64,000 nucleotides of DNA, taken from IMG/VR virus record IMGVR_UViG_3300022752_000021; one strand, 5' to 3'. Below, in pieces: positions 37,271-47,773 of the stretch. The first letter of the stretch is position 1, and every line of letters begins with the position of its first letter. The stretch is from a virus. The notes under the pieces are model-generated. The model worked only from the letters and a program-made list of their open reading frames with translations, did no database searches and was not told the origin of the DNA. The position numbers and the translations under genes are program-made.

Positions 37271-38177
37271 GGTTGCTTATCCAATCATCGACAGATATTT
37301 TAGGTTCCCATTTCAACTTGTCTTTTATTCTTTGAATGTTTGCCTGTGTTATCATTGCCTCTCCTTGTCGAGCAGGAAGAAACTCAAATGGAAGTTTACT
37401 ATCCCACCTATCACGCATCAGTTCGGCAATCATTTTGATTGTTATGCTCTTTCCAGTTCCCACATTGTAAATGCACCCACATTGCAGATCAGAAGATTCT
37501 GCACCAGCAATCAATGCCCGACAGACATCATCAACATGGACGAAATCCCTACTTTGATTGCCATTTCCAGTTATGGTCAAAGCCTTACCTTCTCGTAATA
37601 ACCGTTGAAAGATTCCAAGAACAAGTGCATACTGTCCTTTCTTTGGCATCCTGTTTCCATAGATGTTGAACCCACGAAAACATGCTGTATCCAAGCCATA
37701 GTTGGTAGAATACATCTTGCAAAGATTCTCACCAAAAAACTTAGAATAAGAGTAGGCATTTAGACAATCTTGAACATCCCATTCTAGATTCGGAGGCTCG
37801 CGCATTCCGTAGATTGCGGATGTACTCATGAAGATGAATCTATTAGCAGAATGCTTCTTGGCAAGAGAAAGCATGGTTTCCGTGCCAAGAACATTTGTCT
37901 CCATGCACTTACCAGGATCATTTATGCAGTTCTGAATACGAGCCTCTGCTGCTAAATGAAACACCACATCTGGTCTGTGTCGCCCAAAAACATCAGAACA
38001 CATCACATAATCGGTGATGTTGTATTGATAGTAGGTTGCCCTGTCGTTGTAGTAAAAGTGGTCGTGAGCATCGGAAGATAGGTTGTCGATGCCTACTACA
38101 GTATGTCCTTGCGATACGAGCATATCAACAAGGTTTGACCCGATAAATCCACAAGAACCTGTTATCAAACATTTCAC
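37257..38177 (-). CDS. NAD-dependent nucleotide-sugar epimerase/dehydratase
   Basis: TGSCGFIGS, HLAA, YSYSK and RDFVHVDD motifs. Confidence 0.9.
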   Translation of the reverse strand: MKCLITGSCGFIGSNLVDMLVSQGHTVVGIDNLSSDAHDHFYYNDRATYYQYNITDYVMCSDVFGRHRPDVVFHLAAEARIQNCINDPGKCMETNVLGTETMLSLAKKHSANRFIFMSTSAIYGMREPPNLEWDVQDCLNAYSYSKFFGENLCKMYSTNYGLDTACFRGFNIYGNRMPKKGQYALVLGIFQRLLREGKALTITGNGNQSRDFVHVDDVCRALIAGAESSDLQCGCIYNVGTGKSITIKMIAELMRDRWDSKLPFEFLPARQGEAMITQANIQRIKDKLKWEPKISVDDWISNLDIT

Positions 38178-38878
38178 GATATAAAGTCCTTATTTGGGTC
38201 GGTATCTGGATGAGGGGAATAATCAACCACACCATTAAACATTTTTTCTTTTAATAGTTTTACTGAAGAAAATTTATTAAGTTTATATTTCCAAACAGAT
38301 CTACATCTGAAAGACCATTCTATGTCTTCACCCTCTCCCCACCCACGCCTCTCATCAAGAGGATGTGTTTGCATAAAATATTTTTTTGCACACCAATATG
38401 TTCCAGAAATATACATTTGATCAGTTTTTTTATTTTCTTCGTATGAAATGAATTCTGGTCCGCCCCACCAATTAGTAGAAATAATCCAATCTCTAAATCT
38501 TCTACCATCAATTCGTCTAATTGGATTCATACACACATCCCAATCAGAACCAAAGTTTTGATATCCCTTGTACCAACCTTTGCATAAACTAACATAATCA
38601 TGCATGTAGCAGATATTTTCATGTAGAGCAACATGTGTTATTATATTTTTCTTTCGTGTTATCCATGCTGGTTTTTGACTTTCATCAAAGTCAACAAATA
38701 CAATTCGTACACCCATGTTCGCTTTATCTTGTAAGATGTCTATGACTTCTTTATTTCGCTGTCCGACCAATAACAATTCGTAGTCGGAAACTGCCATGTC
38801 ATCTTGATTGCAAATTGAATCCACAAGTGATTTCAAATAAGTGGCAGATCCCAAGCATATCCCGAATGTCCACTTCAT
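38174..38878 (-). CDS. GT-A fold glycosyltransferase-like protein
   Basis: WITRKKN, MHDY and GEGEDIEWS motifs. Confidence 0.65.
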   Translation of the reverse strand: MKWTFGICLGSATYLKSLVDSICNQDDMAVSDYELLLVGQRNKEVIDILQDKANMGVRIVFVDFDESQKPAWITRKKNIITHVALHENICYMHDYVSLCKGWYKGYQNFGSDWDVCMNPIRRIDGRRFRDWIISTNWWGGPEFISYEENKKTDQMYISGTYWCAKKYFMQTHPLDERRGWGEGEDIEWSFRCRSVWKYKLNKFSSVKLLKEKMFNGVVDYSPHPDTDPNKDFIS

Positions 38879-39309
38879 TTATTTCTCCAAAGATTTGGAT
38901 AATCTGTACATATACCCCAAACAGTTGGTATAGTTTTTGGTTCACCCAATTCCACAGTTACCGCTTTATGGTTATAGTTACCAGGATACATCCATAAAAT
39001 TCCGCCACTTGTTAGTGTCATCTTGTCTGTTTCATGCCAAAAACAAATCACACCATCCATGAGTAGTAGTTGTTCCATCGCTTCGATATTCTTGGCATGA
39101 CACCACAATGCAGCAGCGCGAACTAAGATCCAACTAGAATCTACATGATATGTCGGCGCGTCATGTCCTAAGAAGAACTCACCATCGACAAACCAAACAT
39201 CAATTTCAACATCAAAACCAAGATCCAATGCCTGTTGAATGTATGTTGGATTGTTCTCGCAGTCGGGCTTTCTACCATCAATATTGCCTCGGTGAGATAT
39301 GATTTTCAT
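38875..39309 (-). CDS. GDPD/PLC-like phosphodiesterase-domain protein
   Basis: ISHRGN, EN, DVEIDVW, LGHD, HAKN and GICTDY motifs. Confidence 0.75.
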   Translation of the reverse strand: MKIISHRGNIDGRKPDCENNPTYIQQALDLGFDVEIDVWFVDGEFFLGHDAPTYHVDSSWILVRAAALWCHAKNIEAMEQLLLMDGVICFWHETDKMTLTSGGILWMYPGNYNHKAVTVELGEPKTIPTVWGICTDYPNLWRNK

Positions 39310-40025
39310 CTATACTTCCTGTTCGTATAGGCATTAAGGTCTTCGGGCGTTCCTATCCCATGCATTTTATCAACAAAGAACGGAATTAGGGTTCCACCCC
39401 AACCAATCAATTCGTTGTAGACAGGAGCAATGTAGAACTCATTGTTCACACGGATGTTCTTTTCAATCATCTGTTCTGCTGCCTTCACAAAGTCAGACCC
39501 CCTGCGATACCAATAGATGCCACAAGTGGCAATATCGGATATGGGATTCTTTTCAGCAACCTCCGTAATAACCCCGCGAGCATTCGTCTTCACAAACGAC
39601 CACTTTGGGTGTACTGCACGGAAGCAGAATACCAAGGCATCAACAGTGGAGAAGTTCTTGATGTACTGGAAGTTCTCTGGACTATATTCGATGATCTGAT
39701 CTGAGTTAGCAATCAAAAGATCATCGTCGTTATTGATATGATCTTTGGCAAGCAGTGCGGTGCAAGCAGCACCCTCAGTCAAACCATCAACCTCCACCAC
39801 CTTGTACTTGCCATTGGTGATTCGATCTAGGGTGGATTGTAGACCAGCATACTTGTCGAGGTGTTCCTTGCGAACAAGAAAGATGTATGTCGCATCAAAA
39901 TCTAGGTTCTCGACGACACGCTGAATCATTGGCTTGCCTTCAACATCAATCAGAGGCTTGGGGAAAGTATAGCCTTCCTTTGCAAACCTGCTTCCCTCCC
40001 CTGCCATTGGTATCAGAATCTTCAT
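39306..40025 (-). CDS. Sugar nucleotidyltransferase (NTP_transferase family)
   Basis: IPMAGEGSRF...PKPLI, TEGAACT, EKNPIS and GTPEDL motifs. Confidence 0.85.
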   Translation of the reverse strand: MKILIPMAGEGSRFAKEGYTFPKPLIDVEGKPMIQRVVENLDFDATYIFLVRKEHLDKYAGLQSTLDRITNGKYKVVEVDGLTEGAACTALLAKDHINNDDDLLIANSDQIIEYSPENFQYIKNFSTVDALVFCFRAVHPKWSFVKTNARGVITEVAEKNPISDIATCGIYWYRRGSDFVKAAEQMIEKNIRVNNEFYIAPVYNELIGWGGTLIPFFVDKMHGIGTPEDLNAYTNRKYR

Positions 40026-40663
40026 AGTTCGTTCTCCATAAACCTCAAGTATCCATCAAGAGTCACCTTCCTGTGATCGGTCACAGCCCAAAGATGCCCT
40101 GCCACGCTGTTCACCACTGCCATGATTCCCTTCGGGGAGTCTTCCACGCATAGACATGAGATCGGATTCACCCCAAGTTTGGCAATCGCCAGGTTGTAGC
40201 AATCAGGATGGGGTTTGTTACTCTTCACCATCTCGTTGGTCACAAGTAAGTCGATGTATTCCATCTGTCCCGTTGCCGTGAGCATTTTCCTAGCCGTCTC
40301 CTCTATGGAGTTGGTCACACAGGCTATCTTGATTCCCCGCTCCCTGAGATACCTGTGAAGTTCGATCTTCTCAGGCATGATCTTAGCCGACTTCCATATG
40401 ATGTCAAGGGTGTGCCTCTGCTTTTGCTCGTTGATCCTAGATGCTGCATCGTCGGGAATGCCCAGCATCTGCAACTTTACCCGAGTGGGAAGCCCATTGT
40501 ATGTGGAGAGATGCGACTCGCGGTTGATTGCCTTGTACCCAGCCTCGACCAATGCCGAGTTCAGGGCATCGTAGTGCCAATCACATGCATCGACAAGCAC
40601 CCCATCCAGATCGAAGAGAACTGCACTAATGTATGGCGGTAATATCTTGATAGTTTTCACCAT
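40022..40663 (-). CDS. HAD-family phosphatase
   Basis: FDLDGVL, VTNS, KPHPD and VEDS motifs. Confidence 0.9.
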   Translation of the reverse strand: MVKTIKILPPYISAVLFDLDGVLVDACDWHYDALNSALVEAGYKAINRESHLSTYNGLPTRVKLQMLGIPDDAASRINEQKQRHTLDIIWKSAKIMPEKIELHRYLRERGIKIACVTNSIEETARKMLTATGQMEYIDLLVTNEMVKSNKPHPDCYNLAIAKLGVNPISCLCVEDSPKGIMAVVNSVAGHLWAVTDHRKVTLDGYLRFMENEL

Positions 40664-40665
40664 TG

Positions 40666-41304
40666 TTAATCTTTGTGAGATAGTCTGTAGAAGTGATTTT
40701 TGTCTACCTTCTGTTCATCATGTGAAACAATTTTTACATTGTGTTCACCGACCAGAAGTTTCACCTGATGAAACAGACCATGCAATCCGTATACAGACGA
40801 GCCTGTATACGGCTTGACCCGTTTCCAATTTTCGAGTGACGAGATTACCGCATTCAACATAGAATATGGAAACACGAAGATGTTATCATCTGTGAACTCA
40901 TATGCCTTCCACCCACTTTCTTCAAAAAGGACATTGAATTTGTCATAATCAAACCCGATGGTACTAACCTTTTTTTTGAAGAGAATGTCGAATCTAGTAC
41001 TCACTACCAAGTCAAGATCCTCGCCTCGTAAAAGCATCAAAGACTCCAGGTATGTGTCTAACTGATTCGTTCCGACAATTGGTTTGATGGAAGCCTTTGT
41101 GGGCTTGTAAAAGCCGACAACTTCATCTATACCTTTATGGTCGTATGTGCTGATATATGTCTTCAGTTTGCCTTCTTCTACGAGAGGATCAATGAGCATC
41201 TCTTGGTTGTTTTTCGCGCATTCGTGGCATCTTCTTTTCTTTCCATCAAATGGATCGTAATCATGGGATATACCAACAATAGACAGACCGATTTTCACAT
41301 TCAC
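40666..41304 (-). CDS. Hypothetical glycan-related protein
   Basis: STRFD and DD motifs resemble GT-like proteins; lies inside the glycan island. Confidence 0.5.
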   Translation of the reverse strand: MNVKIGLSIVGISHDYDPFDGKKRRCHECAKNNQEMLIDPLVEEGKLKTYISTYDHKGIDEVVGFYKPTKASIKPIVGTNQLDTYLESLMLLRGEDLDLVVSTRFDILFKKKVSTIGFDYDKFNVLFEESGWKAYEFTDDNIFVFPYSMLNAVISSLENWKRVKPYTGSSVYGLHGLFHQVKLLVGEHNVKIVSHDEQKVDKNHFYRLSHKD

Positions 41305-41921
41305 CAACCTTTCTTCAATGAGGTAATCATCAATTCCATCGGCATCAAGTTCAAGATATATTTTCTATTGCTGTTGAATGTGTTCCAGTCGCTGCCGTTT
41401 AGCGGAACTACACTTCTACTTGACTTTTTCACCACACAACATCCCTCGTCTTCAAAAGAAGTCATCCATTGATATTCGGTGCTGTGCTGATACAACTCCA
41501 TGATTAGGCGATATCCACCATCTCCATTCCATGCTTCACCATTTATGAATTGCGAGATCGGTCTGCATCTCCACTCATTGGGGGGATTGCAGTCATGCAG
41601 GATAACATATCCTCCCTCATTTATTGAGTTCATGGCGTTGAAGAAGTCTCTACGAACATAATCATATTCGTGGTGTCCATCTATGAACACCACATCAAAT
41701 GTTTTCTTGTTTTGTGCAAAGAAATCATCACTGCTCAACAACACACAATTCTTGTTTGCATGAAACCGTTCAGCACATTGCGACCAAGGAGATGGATCAC
41801 AACAGGTTTTATCTATTGCATTTGCTCCATCAAACACATGTCCCTCACCGTATCCAATTTCAAGATATGATGGATTTGTCTTAGTTGCTAACAGTTCGTT
41901 GATCATTATTAGTCTATTCAT
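41301..41921 (-). CDS. Class I SAM-dependent methyltransferase (Methyltransf_24-like)
   Basis: YLEIG, SDDFF, FDVVFIDGHH and ILHDC motifs. Confidence 0.85.
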   Translation of the reverse strand: MNRLIMINELLATKTNPSYLEIGYGEGHVFDGANAIDKTCCDPSPWSQCAERFHANKNCVLLSSDDFFAQNKKTFDVVFIDGHHEYDYVRRDFFNAMNSINEGGYVILHDCNPPNEWRCRPISQFINGEAWNGDGGYRLIMELYQHSTEYQWMTSFEDEGCCVVKKSSRSVVPLNGSDWNTFNSNRKYILNLMPMELMITSLKKGW

Positions 41922-41939
41922 AGTTCAGTCCTTTTTTAC

Positions 41940-42632
41940 TTAGATTGTTATGTAGTTTCCCGACGAATACAAATTGGAGTAATGACCCGCTTCCCCAAAA
42001 TTAGAGCAATGTATTTCCTTTGCCTTGGTGACTGGGTTGGATCCAATCCAGAATTCTTTGTTTAGTACATTTATCAGAGGAGACAAATTGGGTTGATTTT
42101 CTAGATACGAGTTGTCTAGCGTATTGATATGCCGCGCAGTCGCCCACCAGAAATTTCCGGAGAAATGAGGTTTCCTTCCGACGAATGTATCGGTCAACCA
42201 GTTGACTCCAACACAATCATATTCTCTTAGATACTCTACACAATCTTTCCATCTATGAATTGTGAAATACTCCATCATTAGCCTCCAGTGTCTGGATGCT
42301 AAGTTGATGATATCCTTCAGTCCTTTTTGGTGAATATAAAGTATATTGAAGTCCTGCGATTCTTCTTTGGAGCAGAAGTCACGAATAGCCTTCAGCGTAG
42401 CAGTTTCTCCCATAGACCATTCTGATCTTGGGTGAAGAACAACATTAGCCTTTGGAGTCCACTCAGGAACAACTTCTCCATTTATTCCAATGTGGATGAA
42501 CTCACACACACCCAACAAACCAGATATAGCCAACGACCTCATTTGATCTTCATACATCATGTGCCAATACTCTATTGGAATGTTGGGATGATTGTTTAGT
42601 TGATAGTTGTGGTAAAATATCGCAATTTTCAT
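41940..42632 (-). CDS. Putative glycosyltransferase-like protein
   Basis: ILYIHQKG, WR..MEYF, HFSGNFWWA and EFWIG motifs. Confidence 0.55.
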   Translation of the reverse strand: MKIAIFYHNYQLNNHPNIPIEYWHMMYEDQMRSLAISGLLGVCEFIHIGINGEVVPEWTPKANVVLHPRSEWSMGETATLKAIRDFCSKEESQDFNILYIHQKGLKDIINLASRHWRLMMEYFTIHRWKDCVEYLREYDCVGVNWLTDTFVGRKPHFSGNFWWATARHINTLDNSYLENQPNLSPLINVLNKEFWIGSNPVTKAKEIHCSNFGEAGHYSNLYSSGNYITI

Positions 42633-42644
42633 AGAGATCTCCAA

Positions 42645-43322
42645 TCAGTTACAATTCACTTCACCATGAACGGCGATTCTTCCACACACACCGATTCTAT
42701 CTAGGTTTTGGATTTTCAACTCTCCTTGGTGTGATGCCAAAAAGTTGTATAACACATGTTCTGCTGAGATGAAGGGATACTTATCAAACAACAATTTACC
42801 ATGTGCGATATATCTGCGAAAGATGTCTTTGCTCGCCATTCTATAGAATGTGGTTAAACATACATTGTTTGCATGAGAAAAGCCTCTAGCCTTGCAGTTG
42901 ATATCCGCAGTCTTATCCAAGATATTGAAGTCAAATGTAGGATCCAGATAGTATCTTCCACTTATCTTGTAGATGTCCGATTCAAAATTTCCATTCTCAA
43001 TCATCCAATCAAGCATGTATAGTTCACCCGCCCCTTTGTTGGGGGAGGATACGATGTCAGCAACCGACAAAACTTCTCTAATGTCATGGAATTGATCTGA
43101 TGCAGACAACAAATTCTTTATCGGAGATAAATCGGGCAGTTCTCCATGACTACAATCAACCAACAATATCCGCGTGGCATCTCCCAAAAGGCTGCGAATA
43201 GACTTTATGGTATCTACCGTCTGCATTATCCGCTGTGATGGATCGAATACAGATCTGATTGGGGAATAGTCCAGAGGAGTGGAGGTGGGAGAAATAACGG
43301 ATGTGATTATTATAGATGTCAT
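42645..43322 (-). CDS. Hypothetical glycan-related protein
   Basis: IITSVI, R..QT..TI.SIR, KGAGE and KISGRY motifs. Confidence 0.5.
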   Translation of the reverse strand: MTSIIITSVISPTSTPLDYSPIRSVFDPSQRIMQTVDTIKSIRSLLGDATRILLVDCSHGELPDLSPIKNLLSASDQFHDIREVLSVADIVSSPNKGAGELYMLDWMIENGNFESDIYKISGRYYLDPTFDFNILDKTADINCKARGFSHANNVCLTTFYRMASKDIFRRYIAHGKLLFDKYPFISAEHVLYNFLASHQGELKIQNLDRIGVCGRIAVHGEVNCN

Positions 43323-43330
43323 AGTTTTAA

Positions 43331-44065
43331 TCAATAATATTTTTTGTAGTGATGAAGTATTGAATGCTTCTCTCGCAATGCATCCTCTATACCATCGTAG
43401 TTCCTGCCTCGGTGATCCTGACCCCATATCCCCAATTCATGCAACTGCGGATTTACCTTATGAATCTTACCAGCAGCCATCATTGAAAGAGATATGATGC
43501 AATCTGTCCACCCCATAGAAGGGTAGATGTTATGCATCACTTTGAAGTTCTCTTCTATAAACCCACGAAATGATGGATATACATCTAAGAAAGTGGCTCT
43601 CCTGAAAATACTACCACCACCCATACCATAATGATTATCAATCTGTGAGTTTCCTGAAATCTGCCTAAACACATCTAGTATCTGTGGGTGTATAAAATTC
43701 TGTAGACAATTTGCGGTGACGAGCATTTCGTCGCTATCACAAACATCTATATTGTTTATCACATGCACATCATCCTCCATCACCATGACATGGGATGACT
43801 TACAAAGAGAAACTGCCGCACCAAATCTACGCAGATATTCCATCATTGCATCGTATTCAAACCCTCTGTTACCCTGTGGGTATCCTATGCGAATTGGACT
43901 ATGAATGTAAATGCAGTTATACTTTTTACACACATCAGAAAAATCTTCTCCACCATCACAAATGACCACATAAGTGGTATCGGGATTATAGCATCTAAAA
44001 CTACCTATCGCTGCATCAGTAGCAACTTTGTTTGCATACACAAAATGTAATGCATCGACTGCCAT
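43331..44065 (-). CDS. GT-A fold glycosyltransferase-like protein
   Basis: ICDGG, VMEDDV, GGGSIF and WTD motifs. Confidence 0.6.
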   Translation of the reverse strand: MAVDALHFVYANKVATDAAIGSFRCYNPDTTYVVICDGGEDFSDVCKKYNCIYIHSPIRIGYPQGNRGFEYDAMMEYLRRFGAAVSLCKSSHVMVMEDDVHVINNIDVCDSDEMLVTANCLQNFIHPQILDVFRQISGNSQIDNHYGMGGGSIFRRATFLDVYPSFRGFIEENFKVMHNIYPSMGWTDCIISLSMMAAGKIHKVNPQLHELGIWGQDHRGRNYDGIEDALREKHSILHHYKKYY

Positions 44066-44844
44066 CAGAATCTCCACTTACTAGTATCAATACGATCATA
44101 TTGATGAATGATTGGAATGACCTGTCCATTTACACTGGGCAATCCCACCTCATCCCATGTTGGCTTCTCTACTAATTTGTCACGAAACTGCTGTACACCG
44201 ACCGTGCCAAGATGCACCATCAATCCATCTGAAGGACGAACCATGCGTATCGACTTACGCCCAAACTCTGTTCCCATCAGGATATTGAATGAAGACTGAT
44301 CAGAAACACTCGCAGGATTGTGAAAGCACATCGTGAAGATCATGAGACAAAGTTGAGCCACTGCCTCTGTTTTACCACACAGAACTCCAACATTGCATAT
44401 CTCTTGCTTCTTGTATTCATCATAGACATAACCAAAGCCTTCCATCAGGTTGCCATTTCCCCAATGCTCATCTTCGTAGGCAATACACTCACTGCCACAC
44501 ACAATGTCCTTATCATCAAGGAGTTCGATCAGACGAGGAAATGGGTCAGAATGAAAATAGACATCCCTGCTGTCTGTGAGAACAACATGTGAATAGACAT
44601 CCTTAACTGACATGAGATACTTGTATTGAAGAAGAAATCGTAGATTGTGTGGTGGCTTGTTGTTCTGTTGTAGGCTATATCCCACAACAGAAACTTCATG
44701 CTCGTTGCACGAATCAACAAGTTCCTTAGTTGGATTTATGAGTAGATTGCAGACATCATGACCTGTCTTCTTGGCAGACAAATTCCATGTCTTTACTTGA
44801 TCCCACTTGTAACCCGATGATGATGACAAAAATAGTTTTTTCAC
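44065..44844 (-). CDS. GT-A fold glycosyltransferase-like protein
   Basis: LRF, TDSRDVYF, NVGV, SDQ..FN and HQYDR motifs. Confidence 0.65.
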   Translation of the reverse strand: MKKLFLSSSSGYKWDQVKTWNLSAKKTGHDVCNLLINPTKELVDSCNEHEVSVVGYSLQQNNKPPHNLRFLLQYKYLMSVKDVYSHVVLTDSRDVYFHSDPFPRLIELLDDKDIVCGSECIAYEDEHWGNGNLMEGFGYVYDEYKKQEICNVGVLCGKTEAVAQLCLMIFTMCFHNPASVSDQSSFNILMGTEFGRKSIRMVRPSDGLMVHLGTVGVQQFRDKLVEKPTWDEVGLPSVNGQVIPIIHQYDRIDTSKWRF

Positions 44845-45743
44845 TTGGTATCCAATACGCTCATAATAAAGTTCTTTAGGATGTTCTTCCCATCCCTGAT
44901 GTATCTCTCGGAACGGAATCCGCTAATGGGATCTACTTTCGACATACTATTTATTCGCTCTTCATCGGATAGAAGCGACAAGATATTCATGAATGATTTA
45001 TTTGCTGATTCATTGCTACTTGCATCAAACACGATGTAGGAGTCGGGATTGAATTCTTCTGCAATATCTTCTGCCCCCCAATAGACAGGCACAGCATTTA
45101 CCACAAATGCTTCGTATATCTTCTCGGTGATGTAAGACTTTCGCGAAAGATTCTCAAATGCTAAAGCAACCCCATATTCCGAAGTGAACTTCAACTTATC
45201 TTCAACTTCTCCAACATTATTGTGAACTCTGCCGCCCGACATGCAAAGCCCATGTCGAACCAAATGTTCAATCAAAGATGTTCGCAAACCATTACTTGGA
45301 TTTGAAACAACTGCCGACACCTTTGGTTTTTTTTGGCTCTTGTATCTCGCACGAAGTTCTTCAAACGACGAACAGCCATGTTTGTCCATATAGTCTTGGT
45401 GATAAAGTGCATAGAGAGGATAACGCAAAGACATGACATCAGTGGGCATGTCTTGCTCAAGATCAAATCCTATGTAAGCCTTACAACCAGGTGTTGTGGA
45501 AACAATGTCATAACTCTCACCAGTGAAACAAATAGTATTTCCCTTCACAGTCCTCATATCTGCAAAATATGGATTTCCAGCCATTGGTCTGTAGAGAGAA
45601 ATTATCAAATCAACACTAGAATCTAAACCAAGTTGTATCTCACACTTCGAATCAATCTCACGAAGAAGTTTGCTTATATAAAATCCATTTGTAGCAAAAT
45701 CTATATCAAATCCACCCCATGGATTTACATAAGCGATCTTCAT
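44841..45743 (-). CDS. GT10 (alpha-1,3-fucosyltransferase-like) glycosyltransferase
   Basis: FTGE, VVSNP and AFEN....YITEKI..AF....VPVYWG motifs. Confidence 0.85.
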   Translation of the reverse strand: MKIAYVNPWGGFDIDFATNGFYISKLLREIDSKCEIQLGLDSSVDLIISLYRPMAGNPYFADMRTVKGNTICFTGESYDIVSTTPGCKAYIGFDLEQDMPTDVMSLRYPLYALYHQDYMDKHGCSSFEELRARYKSQKKPKVSAVVSNPSNGLRTSLIEHLVRHGLCMSGGRVHNNVGEVEDKLKFTSEYGVALAFENLSRKSYITEKIYEAFVVNAVPVYWGAEDIAEEFNPDSYIVFDASSNESANKSFMNILSLLSDEERINSMSKVDPISGFRSERYIRDGKNILKNFIMSVLDTK

Positions 45744-46405
45744 ATGCTCACCTTTATCATGATTCTTTCTGGTGTTTCATTTCTATCCACGACGCTATAC
45801 TTGCAGGAGTTCAAACCTTCGTTCTCCCAATCCAACTTCTTTGACCACATCTCACGAATGCGTTCGATGTTCTTCTTATAGTCCTGCTCGTCTATCTGTC
45901 TATCGTGATTCAATGACTTCAGGATACCTGGTGTTTGTCTCTGCACCTTTACTTCAGCCAAATGGCAGCGATAGAGAACATCGTCATCTTCAGCACCCCA
46001 TCCCCAATACTCATTGGAGTAGCCATTTATCTTGTTCATTGCCCAACGACTGAACATCGTCACACCACCGAAGTATCCATCATACGGAAGAGCAAAATTG
46101 AACTGACTTGCTGCTGCTGCGAGATGCGTTGGTAGATCCTGATAGTTGTAGTCAACATTCTGTGGCAACATGTCAACATCATGAAACACGAAGTAGTCGC
46201 AGTCTGTATCTGCCTCAAGAAAGCCAATGTTGAGCAACTTGGCTCTGTTGAAAGGCTTTCCCACCTCTTGCTCAATGATGTAGATGTTGTGAACAATATT
46301 TTGCTTCTCAAGATATGCCTTCATGTGTGGAAGGAACTGCTTGAGATGCTCTGCTCTGTCCCGATATGGAACAACGACTGCCAACTTATGAACTTGCTGT
46401 TCCAT
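45740..46405 (-). CDS. GT7 (beta-1,4-galactosyltransferase-like) glycosyltransferase
   Basis: [22 protein letters not shown] and [16 protein letters not shown] motifs. Confidence 0.9.
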   Translation of the reverse strand: MEQQVHKLAVVVPYRDRAEHLKQFLPHMKAYLEKQNIVHNIYIIEQEVGKPFNRAKLLNIGFLEADTDCDYFVFHDVDMLPQNVDYNYQDLPTHLAAAASQFNFALPYDGYFGGVTMFSRWAMNKINGYSNEYWGWGAEDDDVLYRCHLAEVKVQRQTPGILKSLNHDRQIDEQDYKKNIERIREMWSKKLDWENEGLNSCKYSVVDRNETPERIMIKVSI

Positions 46406-47411
46406 ACTTGAACTCCTTTCCAACCGCTTCCTCAAGACGCTTCATCACCTCTGCGGTGAAGTACTTCTCGGGATTCTCGTTGATGTTCTTCTCAAATGCT
46501 GTGGTGCCATCTGGAAGTTCGATGCGAGTCGATACCTTCTTGAAGATACCATGATTCAATGCGATATCTGTAAGACCATAGTAACGATTCAAACCACTGT
46601 CGTAGTTCAACTGAACATCGACCATTTGATTTTCTTTAGTCAAACGAGACTTGTACAACTTGCAATGAATGATGTTTCCAATGACATCTCCATCCGCATT
46701 CTTCTCCTTCTTCTTTGAAAGGTAGACGATGGTGGATGCGGCATACTTCAGACCGCTACCACCACCCATCTCCTTTGTTGGGACATACGCGCCCACGACA
46801 TCATATGTGTGGTTCGTCATGACAAGAGGAATTCTTGCCTTGCCCAACTTCATCGTGAGGACTCTGAATGTTGCCTTCACTCCCTGCGCCCGTGTCATAT
46901 CCCTAACATTCTTGCCCTCTGCTGAATCGTTCATTTCCTTCTCTGTTGACAACATTCCAAGAGAATCAAGAACGATCATCATAGGCTTGCGCTCTGACTC
47001 GTCCATCTCAAGAATCTTGTCAACAATCGACACACATTGAGTCTTGAACTCCTCAATGGTGGCAACAGGAAACACAGCAACTCTCTTGGAGTCAACACCA
47101 CGACCTTCGAACATGTCGGATGTGACCGCTTGCTCTGAGTCGAAGTAAAGAACCATGCCCTCGGGATTGTTCTTGAGGAACTGCGCGACAATCCCAAGGG
47201 TAAAGTAGGTCTTTCCCGTGGCAGATTCACCCGCAAGGGCAATGATCTTGTTGTCCGCTACTCCTCCGTACAATGAACCAGAAAGAAGCGCATTGAAAGC
47301 ATACGAACCAGTATCGACAAATCCTGCGACATCTGCTCCGTCGATTCCATCCTCAACTATGCTGGCAAACTTGTTGCCAGACTCTTTCACAATCTGCTTT
47401 AGGAAATTCAA
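46386..47411 (-). CDS. uvsX: RecA-like recombinase UvsX
   Basis: [26 protein letters not shown] and [12 protein letters not shown] motifs; TTG start. Confidence 0.95.
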   Translation of the reverse strand: MNFLKQIVKESGNKFASIVEDGIDGADVAGFVDTGSYAFNALLSGSLYGGVADNKIIALAGESATGKTYFTLGIVAQFLKNNPEGMVLYFDSEQAVTSDMFEGRGVDSKRVAVFPVATIEEFKTQCVSIVDKILEMDESERKPMMIVLDSLGMLSTEKEMNDSAEGKNVRDMTRAQGVKATFRVLTMKLGKARIPLVMTNHTYDVVGAYVPTKEMGGGSGLKYAASTIVYLSKKKEKNADGDVIGNIIHCKLYKSRLTKENQMVDVQLNYDSGLNRYYGLTDIALNHGIFKKVSTRIELPDGTTAFEKNINENPEKYFTAEVMKRLEEAVGKEFKYGTASS

Positions 47412-47414
47412 GGT

Positions 47415-47720
47415 TTATTCTCCAGAGAGTTTGAGCGAAACGGGCTTCACGCCACCAGTTGGCATGACAAGACCTGAACCAAAGCCTGTGCTGTATTCGT
47501 TTGCTGTATTGTCTTCTGGATCGACGCAATACAGAACCTTGTCTGTTGCAATCGTAACGCTTTCTTCCTTAGCAAATGGAATCCAAGGAACAAGACCGAC
47601 TTCTCCCTTGTTGATCATCACAATCATCGCTGGCTTCTTCAGCGTGAGTGTGCTTCCGTTATCCGTGACATTTGCGAGAAGATTTTCACCCGTAACCAAT
47701 CTAACCAATTTTGTAGCCAT
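47415..47720 (-). CDS. Conserved T4-like hypothetical protein (Sm-like fold suspected)
   Basis: KLVRLVTGE..., LVPWIPF and Y...FGSGLV motifs; AAGGAG SD; TTGACA-N16-TACAAT upstream. Confidence 0.6.
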   Translation of the reverse strand: MATKLVRLVTGENLLANVTDNGSTLTLKKPAMIVMINKGEVGLVPWIPFAKEESVTIATDKVLYCVDPEDNTANEYSTGFGSGLVMPTGGVKPVSLKLSGE

Positions 47721-47773
47721 GATATTCTCCTTATGTTAGGCTTCACTTCATTGTACTATAGGTATACACTATG

